A DNA stretch of 64,000 nucleotides from NCBI RefSeq assembly GCF_009914755.1, contig NC_060929.1; one strand, 5' to 3'. Of the stretch, positions 58,027-64,000 are shown piece after piece. The first letter of the stretch is position 1, and each line of letters starts with the position of its first letter. The notes beneath the pieces are model-generated. The model was given only the letters and a program-made list of their open reading frames with translations, was not told the origin of the DNA and ran no database searches. Both the position numbers and the translations under genes were made by a program. Origin of the DNA: the human T2T-CHM13v2.0 reference genome, Homo sapiens.

Positions 58027-58607
58027 AGTGGTAGCCAGCCTCTAAAGCAGCCCCCAGTGGTCTTCACCTCTTTATATTCATGCCCTTATGTAGTTTTTTT
58101 CCACTTTGAATATAGATGACCATGTGAGCAAGTGTATCACTTAGAAATGACAGTGTGTGTCTTCCTAGGCCAAGTCATAAAAGGCATTACCACTTCTAGC
58201 TTGCTCTCTGTCTCTCTTTCTCTTTCCCTCTCTTTCTTTCTGTCTCCTCCTCTCTCTCTCAGATCACTCACTTTGGGAGAAGCCAACCACCATGCCAGTA
58301 GATACTCGAGATGCCCAACAAAAGTGACCACATGGTGAGAAACTAAGGCCCCTTACCCATAACCAGCACTAATTCGCCATGTAAGTCACCTTGGAATTGG
58401 ATCCTCCAGCCTTGGTCTAGTCCTCAGATGACTGCAACCACACACAGCTACCACGTTGACTGCAATCTCAAAAAAAGACCCTGAGCCAGAATCACCATCT
58501 AAGCCCCTCCCATATTCCAGCCCCACAGAGTTATGTGAGATAATAAATGTTTATTATTTTGAACCACTAAGATTTGGGTTAATTTGTTACATAGTCATAG
58601 ATAAATA
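58027..58607 (+). mobile_element. MLT1F-like MaLR LTR
   Basis: tggtagccagcctctaaag...agatcactcactttgggagaagcca...gagataataaatgtttatt...ttgttacatagtcatagataa. Confidence 0.85.
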
Positions 58608-58710
58608 TTGCTAAGGGTAATCTTAAACTGCCTGACTGGATCCTTTCACCTTGAGGCCTCTCCATAAATAAAGCCATGCATTTCATTTCAGGCCCAAATA
58701 ATAATTACAT

Positions 58711-58711
<1 letters not shown>

Positions 58712-58767
<56 letters not shown>
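58712..58767. repeat. (GT)n microsatellite
   Basis: 28 perfect GT units. Confidence 0.97.
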
Positions 58768-58768
<1 letters not shown>

Positions 58769-58919
58769 GGGGGAATCCACCTCTTCTACCCTATGATGCA
58801 GAATACAGCTCAGGGATACCAAAACATACTATGCTTACTCATTTCATGGACACTCACATTAGGATATATGCTTCAAGAACTTTTTCTATCTGCATTTAAA
58901 AAAAGAGAAAATAGTAGCT

Positions 58920-59700
58920 TCACAAATTATTGAACTTAATTTATATATTTAAATCACCACCATATTCAAGGTAATATGCCAAATGCAGGAGATATTCATA
59001 GATCTAAGAGTGTGCATAGACCCTGCACTCAAAGAACCTACTCTAGGGGGAAATGCAAGTATACATGCATCTGTAAAATAAAAATTCCACTAAAATATAC
59101 AGTAAATTTGTATAGTGATAATCAGGGATAAGCTAGAAGTTATTATTTGAAATTTGGTTCAGTAATAGGTAGGGCTTCAAATGGGCAAAAGAGGAAGTGA
59201 GAAGCCATTTCAGAAGGAGGGTGCAGCATGAACCCAGGCAGCCTCAGAACCAGTGGGGAAGAAACCTCAGAATGTACTAGAAATACACCAAGGTTTTGCA
59301 TATTGCAGCCAGGGATTTACATTTAGTTAAGTAGCCAGCAAGAGATATTGAAGTGTTGTGCAAACTGGGATGACCATATCAAAACTGCACTTCAGGAAAA
59401 ATAATTGAATATATAGAGAACATATTAGAAGAGGGAAAGGCTAAACGCTGTACCGTGAGAAGGCTGTGGTCATGGTCTAGACAGGAGGAACAGAAGTAGG
59501 AATTACAGAGCAGACAGCGAGAATAGAAAGAAGGAGTATATGTGAGAGGCAGAAATTATGGAGTCTGCAGGTTCTGCCACTAACAGGATGAAGCTAAAGT
59601 AGGGAAAAGTGGGAGAGGTTGGAGCAGACAAAGAAGACACAGGTGTTTCAGGCTAGGAGATGAACAGAATTAACAGAATTAGGGATGGACAGAAACAGTG
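58920..59700 (-). mobile_element. L2 fragment
   Basis: Antisense L2 text (agaccctgcactcaaagaacctactctagggg; agccatttcagaaggagggtgcagcatgaac). Confidence 0.65.
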
Positions 59701-60469
59701 TCTGTACTAAGACTGGAGAACAAGGAGGTGGAAATTCAAATATAAATACATATTAGAACTCTCCAGCCTTCTGCTATATCATCCTCAGACTGCAGGTGGG
59801 TGTCTTTTGCAAGTACAAATACTTTCATTTGCATTGGAAACTGGCAGCTGGACTTGCAAATAACATATAAAACCATTCTGTATACCAATGCAAATATTCT
59901 TTGCATCAGCAGATAGAAATATTGAAAAGCTCCAAATTAGACATCACAACAAAAAAGCCTTTGTGGTTTTTGGCAAATAAGCTTTTTAAACAAAATCTGA
60001 CTCCATCCCATCTTGAAATATGTCTTTTAAAAAACTCTTTGTCTTGCCATACTTTTATAAAATGGCTGAAAAATACCATCACCTAACTCAGTTTTCTCAA
60101 CTTCTCAAATTCTTCCTGGCAGTTCAACTACGGAAAAATCAAAACCTGTCTTGCTCACTGGCAATCAGCTAATTCTGTGAAGTAGCATTCTCCATCTGAT
60201 TTAAACGCAGTTGCCCTTGTGTATTCTGAGCTTGTTCTATATACTTAGCTTGAAAAATTGTCCAGATCTCAAAGATAGAGCTCTTCTAATCTACCAATGC
60301 CAAGGCTTCTATGCAAAGCTAGGGTATAAATTCAGATCTTCAAATTAAGCTGTTGGATTTATTTTTTTTCTATGCATATACATGAAGCAAATATTTACTA
60401 AATACAAGTTTATTTGCAAATTAGAACTGCTCCTGGCTAAGGTGCCATAATCAGCAGAGGAATATAAAA

Positions 60470-60800
60470 ATAATAATAACGGCAACAACTTACCAGGGCC
60501 TTAGTAGCACCATTTTAAGCACTTTAGATATATTAACTCACTTAATTCTCATAATACTACAAGGAATTTTCTTTAAAGAGACAAGGTCTCATTCTATTGC
60601 TTAGACTGGAGTGCAGTGGTGCGATTATATCTCACTGCAGCCTTGAACTCCTGAGCCCAAGTGATCCTCCTGCCTCAGCCTCCCAAGTAGCATGTGCCAC
60701 CATGCCCAGCTAATTCTCACAATAACGCTACAAAGGGGTTCAGTCAACATCTCAAGAGCCAAAGATTGAACTCGGGCATCCTCAGAGCCTGGGCTCCTAA
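60470..60800 (-). mobile_element. MIR interrupted by an Alu monomer
   Basis: ttaagcactttagatatattaactcacttaattctcataa...gagccaaagattgaactcggg. Confidence 0.6.
60567..60710 (-). mobile_element. Alu monomer (FRAM/FAM-like)
   Basis: Single right-arm-type monomer gagacaaggtctc...ctggagtgcagtggtgcg...ccatgcccagc. Confidence 0.8.
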
Positions 60801-60850
60801 CCATTGGGCCTAAAAAGAGGAATTTTCTGTGGGTGTTTTTGGTCACCCAC

Positions 60851-61138
60851 TGTATTAGTTTTTTATTGCTGCTATAACAAACTACCACAAATTTAGCAGC
60901 TTAAAATGATACAAGGTTGTATTTTTCTAACTCTTCTTCCATAGGCATATATCCCTCTGACTCTGACTTCTTCTGCCTTGTTCTTCTACTTTTAAGAATG
61001 CCTGTGATTAAATTAGGCCCACCAGGAAAACCCAGGGTTAGCCGCCTTAATTCTTCTTTTCTCTGTAACCCAACATATTCACATTTTCTAGTAATTAGAA
61101 TGTAGGAATCTTTGGGGGCCATTAGTCTCTCCACCACA
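60851..61138 (-). mobile_element. MLT1C/D-like solo LTR with internal deletion
   Basis: TG...CA ends with 5-bp TSD cccac at 60846-60850 and 61139-61143. Only 288 bp long. Confidence 0.82.
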
Positions 61139-61277
61139 CCCACTGATTCTCTAGGTAAAAAGAATCTGAAAGTGCAAGCAGATTTAAAGTACTAGAAATC
61201 AGAATAATAAATAAGGAAAGAAAGGTGAGTAGGGGGCGGCAAGAACAAAATGTTTACAGGACAGTATCCTATGCAGG

Positions 61278-61540
61278 TGTATTAGTTCGTTTTCACGCTG
61301 CTGATAAAGACATACCTGAAACTGGCAAGAAAAAGAGGTTTAATTGGACTTACATTTCCACATGGCTGGGGAGGCCTCAGAATCATGGTGGGAGGCGAAA
61401 GGCACTTCTTACATGGCAGCAGCAAGAGAAAAATGAGAAAGAAGCAAAAGCGGAAACCCCTGATAAACCCATCAGATCTCGTGAGACTTATTCACTGGCC
61501 CCATGATTCAATTACCTTCCCCTGGGTCCCTCCCACAACA
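61278..61540 (-). mobile_element. THE1A-like solo LTR, internally deleted
   Basis: tgtattagttcgttttcacgctgctgataaagacatacc...gcaaaagcggaaacccctgataaa. Flanks are gcagg and gtagg. Confidence 0.88.
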
Positions 61541-61739
61541 GTAGGTGAGTAGAAAATGAGAAACTGAGGTCTACTTCCTGATCCTTGACATTTGCCCATT
61601 GCCCCTCCAACTTCATTGTTCTTTCACTGACAGTCAATATAACAAAATTCTAGTATCTTCATATCATCTTCTAAGCAGCTCTACTAGGAAAAATCAAAAC
61701 TTGTCTTAGTTTTATGACCTTACCAGTCTTCATAATCAT

Positions 61740-62215
61740 TATTTTGCTAACTTGAATGTAGTTTACTTATACCCTTACAGTGCATGTTCTCTATCCCACC
61801 CCAGCCAGGGAGGCACTCACAGGCTCTCATTGCCTGGTGGTGAACCACTAGTACAGAAGTGTGAATAGGGCATGATGGCAGCATGTGGGTGTGCCCCACA
61901 CTTAGCCGGGGAGACAGCTGTGGCATCTGGGGATAGAGAGTCAAGGTCTTCCAAACGAAGAGGGAAGGAAACAGTAGACCAGGAAGAGAAAGTAGTGACT
62001 CCAGGACCGAGAGGTGGAAATGAGCATGGGCTGGTTTCTCTAAACACTCTTGTCCAATAGGCTGGAGCATGGAGAAGAAGGCAGGGAGAGGTAAAAAGTC
62101 AGGCAGGAGAGGCCAGCAGCGTCAGATCCCACAAGGTCTCGGGGTCATGTAAGAAGCCTAGGATGTAACATGTAAGTAACAGGGAAGCACTGGGGGGTGC
62201 TAAGCAGGAGCCAGA
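61740..62215 (-). mobile_element. L2 fragment
   Basis: ggctggagcatggagaagaaggcagggagagg...cagggaagcactggggggtgctaagcaggag. Confidence 0.55.
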
Positions 62216-63271
62216 ATCCATCTACTGCTGACCAGCTGTGAACCTGCATGTCACATTTCTGTATCGTCAAATGGAGATAGCAGCACTGACTCCATAGGGT
62301 AGTGGGGATGATTAAATAAGAGCTAACCACCTAGCATAGTGGGAAATGCATGGTCAGTTCTGGAAAAATGTTCAGATAGAAAAGATAAATGTAACCAAAA
62401 TGTAAGCTGGAGGCTCCACCCTAGAGAGCTAAGGTGGAATTACCTTAATGCTCCAAAGTCTATTTTCTGGAGTCCAGAGTCCTCTGAGGCTTCTGCAAAC
62501 TGCCAGGACAGATGGGTCTTGAGACCTCTCCTGACTGCAGGACGTCTGCCTCCTAGGGCTACTGTGTGTTCTGCACTGTCATCCAGCTGAGATCCTCAGG
62601 CTCCCTCTCACGAAAACTTAGTGAGCTTCTCAAAGGTGGGGTGGGTGCGAGGCACATGGAGGAGTGATAGATCTGAACAGCCGGAAGGACTCCAAGGGGA
62701 ACCAGGGCATGCGAGTTTTTTTAGTACCCTCAGGCCACTACCACCGAGCTTTCCATTGACACTGCTCTCATTAGTGTTGGCCTCTCCTGCTCTATCTGAG
62801 AGCTCCTCTCCCCCTTTCTTTCTCATCTTCACTCATCAACCCTCCTCCCATTAAGATGTGAAAAAAATTAATTATTCCCTTTGTGTTATGCAGGTCATCT
62901 TCTCCTTTCCTCTAACATCTTAGTACAGGCTTATCGATGTGTTTCCTAAATGCTGTGAAGAAAAATTCTAGCACCCGCTGTGAAGGTAGTTAAATGTCTT
63001 TACCATCCAGGCACAGAAGTACAGGACAGGTTTGGCTGAACTTGAGAAATGAGACTGACTTTGTTGGCCAAGAAGTGACAGATCTCACTGATATTGGAGG
63101 ATTTAACATTCCTCTCCTAACAACTCTGCCCAGGAAAGGAGCCAGAAGCCACCTGAGAGAAAAGGGACTGAAATGTGTCCCCTCTGCCATGTAAATAAAG
63201 AGGGACTCTACCTGGAATTAGCCCAACTGCAACAGTTAGATGATGCAGTCTCCATCCAAGATAGCTCTCCC

Positions 63272-63819
63272 TTATGGCACCACCTGCCAGTTCACTTTGC
63301 TTTCCCCAGATGACTCTCAGTTCCAACAATTCACTAGAAGGACACAAGAACTCACTGAAAACTGTTATGCTTATGGTTACACTTCATGACAGGGAAAGGA
63401 TACAGGTCAAAATCAGCCCAGGAAAGAGACATAGAGGGCAGAGACTGGGAGGGTCACAAACACAAAGCTTCTGTTGTCCCCTCTTTGTGGAATTAGGACA
63501 TCAATGTGTAGCAATGACCATAAAGTATTGCCAACGACAACAACAAAAGACCAAGAAAAGTTCACCCAAGCTGTGATACCCACACCAACCAATACCACAT
63601 GACTCAAAGCCTCCACCATCAATCACATGGCTGGTCTTTCTGGAATGGCCAGCTCTATCCAGTGTTGACTGGGTGAGGCCGGCCCCACCTTGAGTTCTGG
63701 TATGGTCAGCTCTTACCCTAAACAAAGACACTTCTGTCAGGTGTGCCAGAAATTGCCTCCTAGAAACTGAGGGCAAAAGCAAAACCTCTTTTTGGACAAG
63801 GCCAAATTCTTACTACACA
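63272..63819 (-). mobile_element. MER21C/MER77-family ERVL LTR
   Basis: aattcactagaaggacacaagaactcactgaaaactgttatgc...gaaaggatacaggtcaaaatcagcc, ending aaattcttactacaca. Confidence 0.78.
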
Positions 63820-64000
63820 GACTTGATGAAAAGAATAGAAGCCAAAAATGTCTAGGAATGAATGAGCTCCCTCCCGCCTTCTGTCCTCACTCCCGGAGGG
63901 ACGTGGGTAGGCAGGCTGTTGAGATCTACTCAGGACAAGACTTAAGGTTTCAGAGAGGAGGGCCGGGTCCTGACGCAGGGCTGGGCAGATCTCAGGCCAA

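Overview
This is primate (human-like) nuclear DNA with no intact protein-coding gene that I can recognise. By rough estimate, about half of it is interspersed repeats. The main structures are: (1) a decayed Ty3/Gypsy pol relic on the minus strand at about 2.3-4.4 kb, split by an AluY, with RT connection, RNase H, integrase HHCC, DDE core and a possible GPY/F tail in the expected order; (2) a full-length but disabled L1PA5/6-type LINE-1 (6766-12934) nested in an older 5'-truncated L1PA10-like element; (3) a near full-length ancient L1MB-type element (29839-40970) carrying four later insertions, each with a readable target-site duplication (TSD): a MER11 solo LTR, an antisense L1PB1, a full-length Tigger1 and an AluS; (4) many MaLR/ERVL LTRs, MIR, L2, Alu and DNA-transposon fragments, plus microsatellites; (5) repeat-poor stretches, mainly about 42-47 kb, with transcription-factor motifs and minus-strand splice signals that may mark an enhancer or lncRNA. 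The supplied ORFs are L1, Alu or Tigger fragments or chance ORFs. Subfamily names come from remembered consensus sequences and need RepeatMasker/Dfam confirmation. I found no evidence of a new functional gene system. The Gypsy relic is the most unusual signal.
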